A DNA stretch of 64,000 nucleotides from Candidatus Hydrogenedentota bacterium (GTDB lineage Bacteria; Hydrogenedentota; Hydrogenedentia; Hydrogenedentales; JAEUWI01), in the NCBI GenBank assembly GCA_034669905.1, contig JAXMOL010000020.1:32001-96000 (forward strand). Reading direction: 5' to 3'. The notes below the pieces were generated by a model that saw nothing but the letters and a program-made list of their open reading frames with translations, had not been told where the DNA came from and ran no database searches. Below are positions 17,701-27,640 of this stretch, piece after piece. How positions within the stretch are numbered: position 1 is the first letter of the stretch; each line of letters opens with the position of its first letter. Position numbers and translations under genes: made by a program.

Positions 17701-20118
17701 TCAGCGTCCGCGGCTGCTGCCCCGGGCCGTGCTGGGTTCGCGAACGGCGGCGGAGCTGCTGCGGGATACGGAACGACTGCTGGCGGAACTTCGCGACGTG
17801 CTGGGTGCGGGAGACCGCACACTGGACTGGCGCGAAGGAGGCGTACTTACGGAGCGGCTGGGTGCACTCTGTCGGGGGGTAACGGACCGACTGGAGCTTA
17901 CCGAGCGGCTGGGAGCGCTCTGCCGGGGGGCGACAGAACGGCTGGGAGCGCTCTGTCGGGGCGCGACGGAACGGCTGGGTGCACTCTGTCGGGGGGCAAC
18001 GGAGCGGCTGGGTGCACTGCTGGTTTGCTGACGGGAGCTCACCGAGCGATTGGGGATGACCGTACGGGTCGGGGCGCTTTCGCGGGGTGCCTGGTAGCTG
18101 CGGGTTGGGGTGCTGCTGCCACGGCTCGCCGTGGAAGGCGTCTGGCTTCGCGTGCGACTGGCCGGTTCACTCACGCGGGGTGCGGTGGTCCGGGTGGGCG
18201 TCCGTTCCGAAGTGGCGGCACTGGGCGTCCGACGGGCGTCACTGTTCCCACGGGTGCTCGTGCGGGGTGCAACACTGCTTTCCCGGCTGGGCGTACGGTT
18301 GGCCGTCGAAGTGCGATTGCTTGTCCGGGCCGGTGTCCGTTCGTAGGTCGTGATCCGCGTGGGGCTGTCGAAGGAGCTGCCACTGCGGGGGTCGATATCG
18401 GTCCGCTGGGGCGTCGAGCTGGAGCGCGTGGGCTGACGGCTGGACGTGGTGCGTCCACCCGTGTCGCGGCTGGCGCTGGTCCGGCCCGGCGTCGTGCTGC
18501 GGTCGGCGGCACTGCGGCCAGCGGTGCTACGGTTCGAGGTGGCCTCCCGGGGGGAGGTGGCACCGCGTACACTGCGGCCTTCGCGGGGGGTATTGATGGC
18601 CACGGAATCGCGACCCAGGCTACGTTCGTTGGTCGCACGTACCGGATTGCTGCGGGTGGCCCGGGCAAAGTCCGGCGTGCCCTGGTCGATACGGGCGGTA
18701 CGAATACGGTCCGAACTACTGGAGCGTACGGCCGTGGTCCGGGTGAAGTCACTGCCCGTGCGGGTGGCCCGGCTGAAGGCAGACCGTCCACTGACACTTT
18801 CAAGACGCTGTGCCCGTTCGCTGGCCGAGCGGCCGGCAACGGTAAAGGTGCTGGCGCCGCGGATACTCCGGCGGGGGGTATAGTCCCGCACCGTCGTTAC
18901 CGAGTTGTTGTAGGGAACACGGATGCTCGGGCGGGGGCTGTTGTAGTTGATATTCCAGATATTCACCGTGTGATTGCCGTGACCGTAGTAGTTACGGAAG
19001 GTGTTGTGGTGGGCAAAGTTCACATAGTGGGGACCGCGATAGAGGTAATCGGCGTGGACAAAGGAGGTGCCGAAATACCCGAAAGACACGCCACCAACGC
19101 TGAAGTAGGCGGAAGTGGTGGGATAGACGGGGCGATAGTGCCGGTTAACGGGAGCCCAGACGAAGTAGTCTCCATAGCGGATAGTGGCACACCGTGCGGG
19201 GCTCCACTGGGGCGCATAACTCCAGACCCAGCCATAGCTGGCGTGGTGGTCCCAGTAACCATGGTGGGAGGTGACGTAACTGAAGGGATAGTTGCCGACC
19301 CAGACGTTACCCACATTGTGGACGCTGTTCCAGTAACCGTGGTGGTACGGGGTGTAATCCACCACGACCGTGGGGCGCCAGCAGGGGCGGTTGTCGATAT
19401 AGACCCATTCGCCGTAACGATCGAGATCGCTGGCACCGATGACGTCCTGACTGATCTGTACCGAGGCAGGCGTTTGATTGCCACCCGTGGCCAGAAATTC
19501 GGCACGCTCGCGGTTCCAACGGTCGAAGGCATCTTCATTCGTCCGATCATAGGGCGTCGGCTGGGAAGGAAGGAGACCTGCTTCAATAAACACACGCCGT
19601 CCCGAATGGGCCAGGACGGAACCACCGGCATCCGTGCGTACGGTGGCGCGTCCCCAGCGGGTGCTGATGGTTGTAATCCCTTCACTGACGATATCAATAC
19701 GGACGGCCGAGTCTTTCTCGACCTCCACGATACCGGCCGGGGTGTAGAAGACGAAATCGCCGGAGCTGCGGGCGAGTCGCTGCACATAGAAGGAGCCGAT
19801 CCAGCCACGGATGGTGGCGCTGGGGGGCATGCCGGCGATTTCCGCCTTACTGCCATCGGCCATGCGGAGGAAGGAACCACCGGAAAACTCCAGTTCGGTG
19901 CTGCCTCCGTTGTCTACCCAGACGGTGTCGCCGGGGAGTACGAGGGTATTGACGGAGCCACTGCTCCAATCACTTTCTTCGGTTCCCTTGAGGAGGGTTC
20001 CACCCGCATCATAGCTGATGCGGCCATGCAGTACCGTGTCGGCGGAGGCCGACAGAGGGACCCAAATGAGGGCAGCCACGAGGCCCACTGTCCATTTGCG
20101 CATTCGGTTTGTGTTCAT
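17701..20118 (-). CDS. Exported FecR-like + DUF6600 protein with long Ser/Arg/Thr-rich tail
   Basis: Signal peptide; FecR-like N-terminus (PGDTVWVDNGGSTELEF); DLDRYGEW..WRP..PYHHGYW..W..YPF...HHGYW..GWVW (DUF6600-like); AAGGA RBS before 20118. Confidence 0.75.
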   Translation of the reverse strand: MNTNRMRKWTVGLVAALIWVPLSASADTVLHGRISYDAGGTLLKGTEESDWSSGSVNTLVLPGDTVWVDNGGSTELEFSGGSFLRMADGSKAEIAGMPPSATIRGWIGSFYVQRLARSSGDFVFYTPAGIVEVEKDSAVRIDIVSEGITTISTRWGRATVRTDAGGSVLAHSGRRVFIEAGLLPSQPTPYDRTNEDAFDRWNRERAEFLATGGNQTPASVQISQDVIGASDLDRYGEWVYIDNRPCWRPTVVVDYTPYHHGYWNSVHNVGNVWVGNYPFSYVTSHHGYWDHHASYGWVWSYAPQWSPARCATIRYGDYFVWAPVNRHYRPVYPTTSAYFSVGGVSFGYFGTSFVHADYLYRGPHYVNFAHHNTFRNYYGHGNHTVNIWNINYNSPRPSIRVPYNNSVTTVRDYTPRRSIRGASTFTVAGRSASERAQRLESVSGRSAFSRATRTGSDFTRTTAVRSSSSDRIRTARIDQGTPDFARATRSNPVRATNERSLGRDSVAINTPREGRSVRGATSPREATSNRSTAGRSAADRSTTPGRTSASRDTGGRTTSSRQPTRSSSTPQRTDIDPRSGSSFDSPTRITTYERTPARTSNRTSTANRTPSRESSVAPRTSTRGNSDARRTPSAATSERTPTRTTAPRVSEPASRTRSQTPSTASRGSSTPTRSYQAPRESAPTRTVIPNRSVSSRQQTSSAPSRSVAPRQSAPSRSVAPRQSAPSRSVAPRQSAPSRSVSSSRSVTPRQSAPSRSVSTPPSRQSSVRSPAPSTSRSSASSRSVSRSSSAAVREPSTARGSSRGR
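17849..18020 (-). repeat. Coding 33-bp tandem repeat (SRSVAPRQSAP units)
   Basis: About 4 near-identical 11-aa units visible in DNA and protein. Confidence 0.85.
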
Positions 20119-20379
20119 GATAGGTTCCTTTCGCCGAGTCACTCACTCTGCCCAACTAGACGCGCTGTATCCCAAGCTATTCATTTTCCCGGGGCCACCG
20201 AGGTCGGGGGATGGGGTAATTACCGGGTTGTCCCCGTTATGGAACGTTTTTGATGAAGAACGGCCGCCTACAAAGAGTCGATATTCGAACAAACCACGAA
20301 ATATGTTCTTATTCTGAACACTGTGGAGCTTTTCCGGTGAGATTGATACAATCAACGGCGGAAGGAGGAGTTCCACTGC

Positions 20380-21807
20380 ATGCACCGCTGTTCTCACTGC
20401 CATCATGAATCACCCCCCGACGCGACCCGATGCGCCCAATGCGGCACCCCATTTCCGGGCTATCTCCTCGTGGATCGTTTTCGGCTGGTGGAACGCCTCG
20501 GCCGGGGCGGCCTGGGCTCGGTGTGGCTGGGAGAAGATGTCCAGCTGGACAATGAAAAGGTGGCCTGCAAGATCCTCAAAAGCGATCTGTACGACGATCG
20601 CCGTGCCGTTTCCGACCTCAAACGGGAAGTCCTTTTAACCCGTCGACTCCGTCATCCCCATATACTCGCCGTCTATACCTTCTGGGAGACGGATGAATAC
20701 CGCATGATTACGATGGAGTACATTAAGGGGAGCAATCTCTCGGAATTGCTCCTGAAAAAGGGCCGCCCCTTTTATCCTTCGGAGATTGTGGGGTGGCTGA
20801 AGGAAATCGGGGAAGCCCTCGACTATGCCCATGGTGAAGGCGTTCTCCATCGAGATGTAAAACCGGCCAATATCCTGTTGGACGACCAGGGACGTATCCT
20901 GCTGGCCGATTTCGGCATCGCGCGGACCGCCCGGGAAGTGCAGGCACGGCTGACCGGCGAACTGACTAGTGGCACGCTGCTCTATGTGAGCCCCGAGCAG
21001 CTCATGGGGGAGCGGCTGGATGGCCGCAGTGACCTCTACAGCCTGGCGGCGACCATTTACGAATTGATGGCCGGGTTGCCTCCTTTCAGCAAAGGATCCA
21101 TCGTAACCCAAATCCAGATGAAGCCGGCTCCGCCCATTGAAGGCCTGCCCGACCCGATAAACCAGGTGCTCCTCAAGGCGCTGGCGAAAGACCCCGGGCG
21201 TCGTTATGACACCTGTGGCGATTTCAGCACCGCCTTTGCGGATGCGGTGGCGGAGGTAGCCGAATTGGAGGGGGATCACCAATCAGAGCTCTTCCCCCAA
21301 TTGCAGCAGGCCTATGAGGAAGCGATTGAAGAGGCAACCGTGGCCCTGGAAAAGCAGGATACGGCCACCCTGCGCATGCGGCTGGGCACCCTGCTGATTG
21401 AGGCCGACCTCCTGACCGATGAGCAATTGGTGCAGGCCCTGGAGATTCAAAAGGTGGAGCAGCGCCGCCTGGGTGAAATTCTGATTGCCCACCTGGACTT
21501 GACGGAGGAAGGGATCGGACGGGCCCTGGCGCGCCAGATTCAATTGCCCTTCCTTTCACCGCTGCCGCTGGCGGATATCAGCCGCCCCGTGGCCGACACG
21601 GTGACCGCTTCCCTCGCACTGAACCGGGGGTGCCTGCCCATGATGCAATCGGAGTTAGGGCTGACCGTGGCCATGGCGGACCCCCTCGACATGCGGACCC
21701 TGAATGAATTGGAAGGCACGTTTAAGACGACGATTCAGCCCGTAGTAACGACCCGTGCCGCCCTGGAAGAAGCGATTACCCATATCTGGGGCGACGAAAC
21801 AGGTTGA
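20380..21807 (+). CDS. Ser/Thr protein kinase with N-terminal Zn ribbon and C-terminal MshEN (T2SSE_N) domain
   Basis: CSHC..CAQC; LGRGGLG, VACK, HRDVKPAN, DFG, SPEQ; tandem RLGxxL..L..Q motifs followed by VAMADP. Confidence 0.9.
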   Translation: MHRCSHCHHESPPDATRCAQCGTPFPGYLLVDRFRLVERLGRGGLGSVWLGEDVQLDNEKVACKILKSDLYDDRRAVSDLKREVLLTRRLRHPHILAVYTFWETDEYRMITMEYIKGSNLSELLLKKGRPFYPSEIVGWLKEIGEALDYAHGEGVLHRDVKPANILLDDQGRILLADFGIARTAREVQARLTGELTSGTLLYVSPEQLMGERLDGRSDLYSLAATIYELMAGLPPFSKGSIVTQIQMKPAPPIEGLPDPINQVLLKALAKDPGRRYDTCGDFSTAFADAVAEVAELEGDHQSELFPQLQQAYEEAIEEATVALEKQDTATLRMRLGTLLIEADLLTDEQLVQALEIQKVEQRRLGEILIAHLDLTEEGIGRALARQIQLPFLSPLPLADISRPVADTVTASLALNRGCLPMMQSELGLTVAMADPLDMRTLNELEGTFKTTIQPVVTTRAALEEAITHIWGDETG

Positions 21808-21833
21808 CACCCGCGCTAACGATTCTCTAGTCT
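21804..21833 (+). promoter_or_regulatory. Candidate sigma70 promoter for the nucleoside permease
   Basis: TTGACA (21804-21809, overlaps kinase stop), 18-nt spacer, TAGTCT. Confidence 0.4.
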
Positions 21834-21998
21834 AAGCGAGGTGTCGGGCGCGCGGAGTAAATCTATTGGGATTTCTGTCGCTCTTCCGACCCTTTTTGAG
21901 CCCATTCACGGTGCTCAAAATCCCGTGCACACCAGACGAAGCATTCCACCAACGGACTCCTCTTTCCGGGCAGTCTATTCGAAGGAAGAATCACCACG

Positions 21999-23288
21999 AT
22001 GAATATGTCAATTCGCGTTCAACTATCGGTCATGATGTTTGTCCAGTTTTTTGTCTGGGGAGCATGGTTCGTGACCATGGGCAACTACCTGGGAGCAGGA
22101 CTGGAGTTTGAGGGCAGTGACATTGGCCGTGCCTACAGCACCACGGGCTATGCGGCCATACTTTCACCCCTCTTCGTGGGCATGGTGGCCGACCGTTTCT
22201 TTTCCGCACAACGGGTCATGGGGGTGTTACACCTCCTGGGCGCGGGACTGATGTATTGGGCGTCTACGATTACGACACCGGGTATGTTTTTCTGGGTCGT
22301 GTTGGCCTATGCCATGTGTTACATGCCGACCTTGGCGCTTGTGAATTCCATCTCCTTCAACCAGATGACGAATCCGGAAAAAGAGTTTCCGGGCATTCGT
22401 GTGGCGGGCACGCTGGGCTGGATTGCGGCTGGTCTTGTGATTACGTTGCTCGGCGCTATCGCATTCGAAGGCATTGAAGCCACTGCGATTCCCTTCAAGA
22501 TGGCGGCAGTCGCTTCGCTGATCATGGGCGTGATTTCCTTCACGTTGCCCGATACCCCCCCGAAAGGTAAGGGCCAGAAAGCTTCCGTGGTCGACCTGCT
22601 TGGCCTCGATGCGTTGGCGCTTATGAAGGACCGGTCCTTCGCGATTTTCGCCATCAGCTCCCTCCTCATTTGCATCCCCCTTGCCTTCTACTATTCCTTC
22701 GCCAACCTGTTCTTCAACGACACCGGAATGACGGGTGTTGCCGCGAAAATGACCATGGGGCAGATGTCCGAAGTGGCCTTCATGATTGTCATGCCCTTCT
22801 TCTTCGCCCGCCTGGGTGTGAAGAAGATGCTGCTCTTCGGTATGTTGGCCTGGGTCATCCGGTATGCGCTTTTCGCCTTTGGTAACGGTGAAGGCCTGGT
22901 CTTCATGTTCTATGGCGGCATCCTGCTCCACGGTATCTGCTATGACTTCTTCTTTGTCACCGGCCAGATTTATGTGGATAAAGAAGCCCCCGAAGCCATG
23001 CGCTCCAATGCCCAGGGTTTCATCGCCCTGATTACCTACGGTATCGGCATGGTTATCGGTAATGAAATCGCCGGCCGCTGGGTAGGAAGCCACAGCGAAA
23101 CGGTCGAGAACGTGGTGGACGGTGTTGCGGCAAGCGTAACGACCTACGATTGGCAGGGAATCTGGATGATGCCCACGATCATGGCCTTTATTATCGTGAT
23201 TGGATTCACCATCCTCTTTAAAGATCCCGGTAACGGCAATGCCGGTGCGGCCGAAGCCGTAGAGCCCGTGCCGGGTCCCACGGAATAA
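21999..23288 (+). CDS. MFS nucleoside:H+ symporter (NupG/XapB/YegT family)
   Basis: QLSVMMFVQFFVWGAW, GMVADRFF, YMPTLAL, GQMSE, LLHGICYDFFFVTGQIYVD. Confidence 0.92.
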   Translation: MNMSIRVQLSVMMFVQFFVWGAWFVTMGNYLGAGLEFEGSDIGRAYSTTGYAAILSPLFVGMVADRFFSAQRVMGVLHLLGAGLMYWASTITTPGMFFWVVLAYAMCYMPTLALVNSISFNQMTNPEKEFPGIRVAGTLGWIAAGLVITLLGAIAFEGIEATAIPFKMAAVASLIMGVISFTLPDTPPKGKGQKASVVDLLGLDALALMKDRSFAIFAISSLLICIPLAFYYSFANLFFNDTGMTGVAAKMTMGQMSEVAFMIVMPFFFARLGVKKMLLFGMLAWVIRYALFAFGNGEGLVFMFYGGILLHGICYDFFFVTGQIYVDKEAPEAMRSNAQGFIALITYGIGMVIGNEIAGRWVGSHSETVENVVDGVAASVTTYDWQGIWMMPTIMAFIIVIGFTILFKDPGNGNAGAAEAVEPVPGPTE

Positions 23289-23311
23289 CGTTATCTGATA
23301 GGTAATCACTT

Positions 23312-23350
23312 TCAGGGCAGCCTGCCGATGCAGGTTGCCCTGATTCTTTT
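23312..23350 (+). terminator. Rho-independent terminator after nucleoside permease
   Basis: TCAGGGCAGCCTGC-cgat-GCAGGTTGCCCTGA followed by TTCTTTT. Confidence 0.8.
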
Positions 23351-23493
23351 GGTCCGTTGTGCGGCGGGTAGGAAAACACGCCCTCCGCTCCGACGACATA
23401 TTGCTGGAGTGCGGGTTTTCTTGCCCGCGATAACACGATTGCTTGGTTGCCCGGAATCTATGGGGTTAATAACCGGAAGTGAAAACGACGGGC

Positions 23494-23527
23494 AAAGGAC
23501 CTAAAGGACTTAAACGACCTAAAGGAC
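23494..23527. repeat. 9-bp tandem repeat (AAAGGACCT-like x4)
   Basis: AAAGGACCT AAAGGACTT AAACGACCT AAAGGAC. Confidence 0.75.
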
Positions 23528-23642
23528 GGGGAGGAACTCCAGGTGGTGGGCACCCCGGGAACGGTTGAGCGATTGCGCCATCGCTGCTTTAAGGACTGCA
23601 CCATGCGCGGCGCGGATGGCGGCCCGAGGCCTGTCTAGAAGT

Positions 23643-23690
23643 GGGGAGCAAGCTCCCCGAGGAAAAGCGGCAGCAAGCTGCCGCACTCCA
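23643..23690. repeat. REP-like palindromes with AGCAAGCT core and GCACTCCA tail (copy 1)
   Basis: GGGGAGCAAGCTCCCC and GCGGCAGCAAGCTGCCGC-ACTCCA; related copy at 31150-31236. Confidence 0.7.
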
Positions 23691-23904
23691 GGGAGTCGTC
23701 TCTTCTTATGCTCACAGGCGAATAGTGGGGGCTATCGGGGAATAATAATCTCGGGCAACTTGCGTGAATCGACGTGTCGAACCCGGGACGCGCTTTGGCA
23801 AGGCTCATTGACGCCCCCCATTCGCACGAACCCTCGTTCCTCGGGATCGCGCGGCACGATCATACTCCAATAGCCTGCGCAACGTAGACCCCTCCACAAA
23901 GAAA

Positions 23905-23940
23905 TCGGGGCAACGCGTCATGCCAGACACGTTGCCCCGA
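23905..23940 (-). terminator. Hairpin downstream of the 815-aa gene
   Basis: TCGGGGCAACG..CGTTGCCCCGA stem, with a T-rich run following it on the minus strand. Confidence 0.6.
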
Positions 23941-23961
23941 GGTAGATGCTGCTCTTCGTCG

Positions 23962-26409
23962 TTACTCTACTTCGCCGACCTTAATGAGCCACACTTCCGA
24001 GACCATGCAGCCCCGGCCTTCGACGAGGTTCCATTCCACATCGAGGGTGCCCGACTTGGTGGCTTCGTGGGGGAGATAGTAGCTCACGGGCCAGATGGGG
24101 CTGGGCTGGGCCACGGGGCCATGGATGCCGAACTCATCGTTGAGCGTCAGCGTCATGGCCGGACGGAAACGTCCGGCATACGTCACCTTCAGGCGGTACT
24201 GGGCCTTGGGGTCCAGGTTTTCATAACGCATTTTGAGGGGCGTCCCATAGAGGGTGGTGATTTGGGTCTGCCACGAGGAGCGCAGTTCCTGCCGTCCGGT
24301 GTGGGCACCCTTGAGGCGGGCGGCTTCGCCCTTGAAGACCATGTTGTCTGCCTCCGCCTGGCTGGCTTGCGCCTTGATGGTCGCCTGATCGGCCATGTAT
24401 TTCGGGAAGGCCACCCGGGCCGTATGGTTGCCTGCCGGGTCTTCCTCCCACGTGCGTTGATAGACGACGTGGGGCGCGGCACCGGCCTGTCCCAGGTTGT
24501 CGTAGAAGCCACCCTCACCCGGGTCGCTCCAGTTCAGCAGCTCATCGATGTGTCCAAGCTGGGCCTTCTCGTCGTTCATCGCCAGGATCGTTTCGAAACG
24601 TTGCTCCAACCAGGGGCGGTCATTGAGCGGTTGGTCGAGCCAGTCCAGCAGGGCACCCCGCTCGGAGTTCCGGGCGAGATAGGGCGCTTCCACGCTCAAC
24701 TGATAGCCAATGCTTTTCAGCAAGACGGGTCCGAGGGCTTTGATGCCGGCGCGGAGCTCGGGTGCGGCCGGGGTGTCGGCCTTTGCCAGGGCGACGCGGG
24801 CCTTTTCGATGGCAGCTTCAACGCCGATGAGATTGGCTTTTGAGAGGGCGGTATAGGCCTCTTCTTCATAGGCTTTCTGCGCGCGGGCTTCGGCCTGCAC
24901 GTGGGCGTCATAACGAGCGCGGAAAAGATACATCTGGGCGCGCCAGTTGGTCTCGTAGTCGGGGACCTTCGTGGCGATGTCTTCCCACAGGGCCAGGGTT
25001 TGGGGGATGGACTTATTGTTGAGGATGGGGCCCTGCCAGTTGGCTTCGAAAAGGCGCATCCCTTTGGCCACGTCTTTCGCCAGCCCATCGCCAAACCAGA
25101 CCTTGCCGTATTCTTCCAGGGCCGCGTCGAGATCGGCATTCGGGTCCCAGCCGAGGACGTTCCACACGTGCTTGTTCAGGTCATCGTGGATACCGTCGGA
25201 ATAGGTGCCGAAGCCATCGCTGACTTCCAGGTAGCGCTTATAGATGTGCTGCTGCATGGCCGGCATGGGCATCATGGGTTCCCGGCCCAGGGTGTGTGCA
25301 AAGGCAGGATCCCAGTTGGGGATGGGATACTGGCAGCGCACTGTGTGGTTGATGTCGGGATAGCGACGGATGGGATAGCGTTTCGGAGTGCGTTCCCGCA
25401 TCTCTTCCCAGCCCATCTTAATCCAGGGGCCATAGACCAGGCCTTCGAGCCAATCGGGATTCTCCGTGGCGAGGTAGTCGAAGAAGTAATCGTTTTCTTC
25501 GAGGGTAAAGGTCTGGTTGGATACCCAAATCTTGGCGTTGGGGTGTTTTTCCCGGAGGATGGGGGCCATGCCTTCGAGGAAGGGCATGAGGTGTTCGGCG
25601 GGCGTGTCGCCATCATCACCACCGGGCACGAAGATATGATCGATGGCCGGGTAGTCGGCGAGAAACTCACGCCGTTTTTCGAGGCCCTCGGCCAGGCCTT
25701 CCGGGGTGGTGACATCTTCTTCTTCGTCGGCCATGACGGGCGACCAGAGCCAAACGTCGATACCATAGGAGCTGATGAGGGCTGAAAGCTTGATGTTCAT
25801 AGCGCGCATGGTCTCGGTCATGACTTCGCCGTCTTTGACGTTCGGGTCGAGGTTGGTGATGAGCTCGACCCCGTTGCAACCAAAGATGATCAGGTCGCGG
25901 ATGTATTGCTCATAGACTTCCACCGTCCAGGCATCGTAGGTGTTGGCCGTATTCCGGTAGGCCAGCTGGTGGGCACGGAGGGGCACGTCGGGTGCCGTAG
26001 CAATGGGCTTCTTGAGGTCGAGGCTCAGGGTGCCCGATCCATAGTCCGCCAGACGAATCAGGCGGCCCGCGGCATAGAGGGCACCGCGGGCATCAAAGCC
26101 GGCGAGTCTTACCGTGTTGCCTTCGACGGAGACGCCGTAGGCTTCGGCTTGCTGCGGTACCTCAACGCCGACGACATCGCGGGACACACCCAGCTCAATC
26201 GTGACCGACGCGCCCGATGCCGCGATGGGCAAGGTAATGCCACTGCGCTCGGCCAGTTCTTCCTGCAGCATGACGGCTGCCTTCGCCACCACGGGCGATT
26301 CACTCTTGGGCACGATAACCGCACCACTCAGGTCGAGGGCCCAGGTGGGCGCAACGGCCACCAGTCCCAAGACCCAAAAACTCCATTTGCTTGCGATACC
26401 ATTAAACAT
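23962..26409 (-). CDS. Exported glycoside-hydrolase-like protein (GH20/GH67-type N-terminal domain plus TIM barrel)
   Basis: Signal peptide; AAVMLQEELAERSG..EAYGV..LAGFDARGALYAAGRL; function unknown. Confidence 0.6.
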   Translation of the reverse strand: MFNGIASKWSFWVLGLVAVAPTWALDLSGAVIVPKSESPVVAKAAVMLQEELAERSGITLPIAASGASVTIELGVSRDVVGVEVPQQAEAYGVSVEGNTVRLAGFDARGALYAAGRLIRLADYGSGTLSLDLKKPIATAPDVPLRAHQLAYRNTANTYDAWTVEVYEQYIRDLIIFGCNGVELITNLDPNVKDGEVMTETMRAMNIKLSALISSYGIDVWLWSPVMADEEEDVTTPEGLAEGLEKRREFLADYPAIDHIFVPGGDDGDTPAEHLMPFLEGMAPILREKHPNAKIWVSNQTFTLEENDYFFDYLATENPDWLEGLVYGPWIKMGWEEMRERTPKRYPIRRYPDINHTVRCQYPIPNWDPAFAHTLGREPMMPMPAMQQHIYKRYLEVSDGFGTYSDGIHDDLNKHVWNVLGWDPNADLDAALEEYGKVWFGDGLAKDVAKGMRLFEANWQGPILNNKSIPQTLALWEDIATKVPDYETNWRAQMYLFRARYDAHVQAEARAQKAYEEEAYTALSKANLIGVEAAIEKARVALAKADTPAAPELRAGIKALGPVLLKSIGYQLSVEAPYLARNSERGALLDWLDQPLNDRPWLEQRFETILAMNDEKAQLGHIDELLNWSDPGEGGFYDNLGQAGAAPHVVYQRTWEEDPAGNHTARVAFPKYMADQATIKAQASQAEADNMVFKGEAARLKGAHTGRQELRSSWQTQITTLYGTPLKMRYENLDPKAQYRLKVTYAGRFRPAMTLTLNDEFGIHGPVAQPSPIWPVSYYLPHEATKSGTLDVEWNLVEGRGCMVSEVWLIKVGEVE

Positions 26410-26624
26410 ACCGGTCTCTCCTCAACTGCCTGAAATACATGTGCCGACTGCTCTTGCGGCGGGTGTCACGATGACGACTCTAGGAATCATTGATTTAAGC
26501 AGAATTGAGAGGGCAGGTCAAGGTGGCGGGTTTTGATGGATTTGGCTGTGACAACGCCAAAGCATGCCGCCGGGTACGGAGTGGCAAGGTCACCGTTGTC
26601 TGCATATACCCGTGTTACGAGAAA

Positions 26625-27428
26625 TCATTTCAACTGTCCATACAGCGCGGTGCGACGGCTTCCGAAGCGGTCGTTGAGACCGGCGATGCCCTTGTCATCG
26701 GCATCGTTGGGGTTGATAGTTGCCGTGGCCCCATGGGCGGCATCGGTGGGGGCTTTGACCAATTCTTCACCCCGACAGCCCAGCACCTGGCTGCCCCCGG
26801 TAAAGGTGAGTTCCCGGCCGGTACGGGCTTCCGTGCCGATGCGATTGGCCGTGATGGTGAACACGGCATTTTCCAGGCTGCGGGCAAACATGGCCTGCTG
26901 ACACCAGGGGAGAACGAGGTTGCTCGGATGGGCGATGATCTGGGCACCGGCCAGTGCCAGGCAGCGTGCCGTTTCGGGGAAGAACCAGTCGAAACAGATC
27001 ATCATGCCAATACGGCCCACGGGGGTCTCTACCACCGCAGGGGCCTTGTCACCCGGCAGAAAAACATTTTGCTCGCGGTTGAAGAGATGGATCTTGCGGT
27101 AGTTGTGGGCCGTGCCATCGGGGCAGACGAGCATAGAGGAATTGTAGCAGCCTTCGGGCGCGGCCTCCGCGTATCCAGCCACCAGGGTGGTGTGGGTGTT
27201 GGCGGCCAGCGCGGTGAGGAGCGTGCGGGTCGGGCCATCGGCGAAGGGCTCGGCCAGGGATTGTAGTTCCGCCTTGTCGTGGAAGTCATAGCCCGAAAAG
27301 GCGAGTTCGGGGAGCACGAGCAGATCGGCCTCCGCCACGTTGGGGAGCATGGCCCGGATCGTGTTTGCGTTGGCCTGCCAGTCGCCAAAGGTAACTTCGT
27401 ATTGCAGATAGCCTGCCTGGATGGTCAT
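26625..27428 (-). CDS. Carbon-nitrogen hydrolase (nitrilase superfamily)
   Basis: E-K-C triad: LPEL, YRKIHL, MICFDW; ANRIG. Confidence 0.92.
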   Translation of the reverse strand: MTIQAGYLQYEVTFGDWQANANTIRAMLPNVAEADLLVLPELAFSGYDFHDKAELQSLAEPFADGPTRTLLTALAANTHTTLVAGYAEAAPEGCYNSSMLVCPDGTAHNYRKIHLFNREQNVFLPGDKAPAVVETPVGRIGMMICFDWFFPETARCLALAGAQIIAHPSNLVLPWCQQAMFARSLENAVFTITANRIGTEARTGRELTFTGGSQVLGCRGEELVKAPTDAAHGATATINPNDADDKGIAGLNDRFGSRRTALYGQLK

Positions 27429-27530
27429 CGTGTTTTACCTCAGATGGTGATGTTGTGAATGGGGCAGGGTAGGCCAGTGGCAGACCGCGATGCAAGCCGC
27501 TCGGTACGTGTGTGATTATTTTGTAGCTTA

Positions 27531-27623
27531 TTCTAACCACAGAGAACGCAAAGAACACAGCAATGGGAATGGTCAACCCCCTGTTGGCTGGTGCCGCTGA
27601 ACCTGGGATCTTTGTGGTTAGAA
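27531..27623. repeat. Short element bounded by 15-bp inverted repeats (TAACCACA family)
   Basis: TTCTAACCACAGAGA ... TCTTTGTGGTTAGAA, 1 mismatch. Confidence 0.7.
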
Positions 27624-27640
27624 CACGGCGACCGTTTGAA

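Noticed and set aside
16519..20253. 1244-aa plus-strand ORF
   Set aside because: Antisense shadow of two real minus-strand genes that share a frame; no motifs; such shadows are expected at high GC
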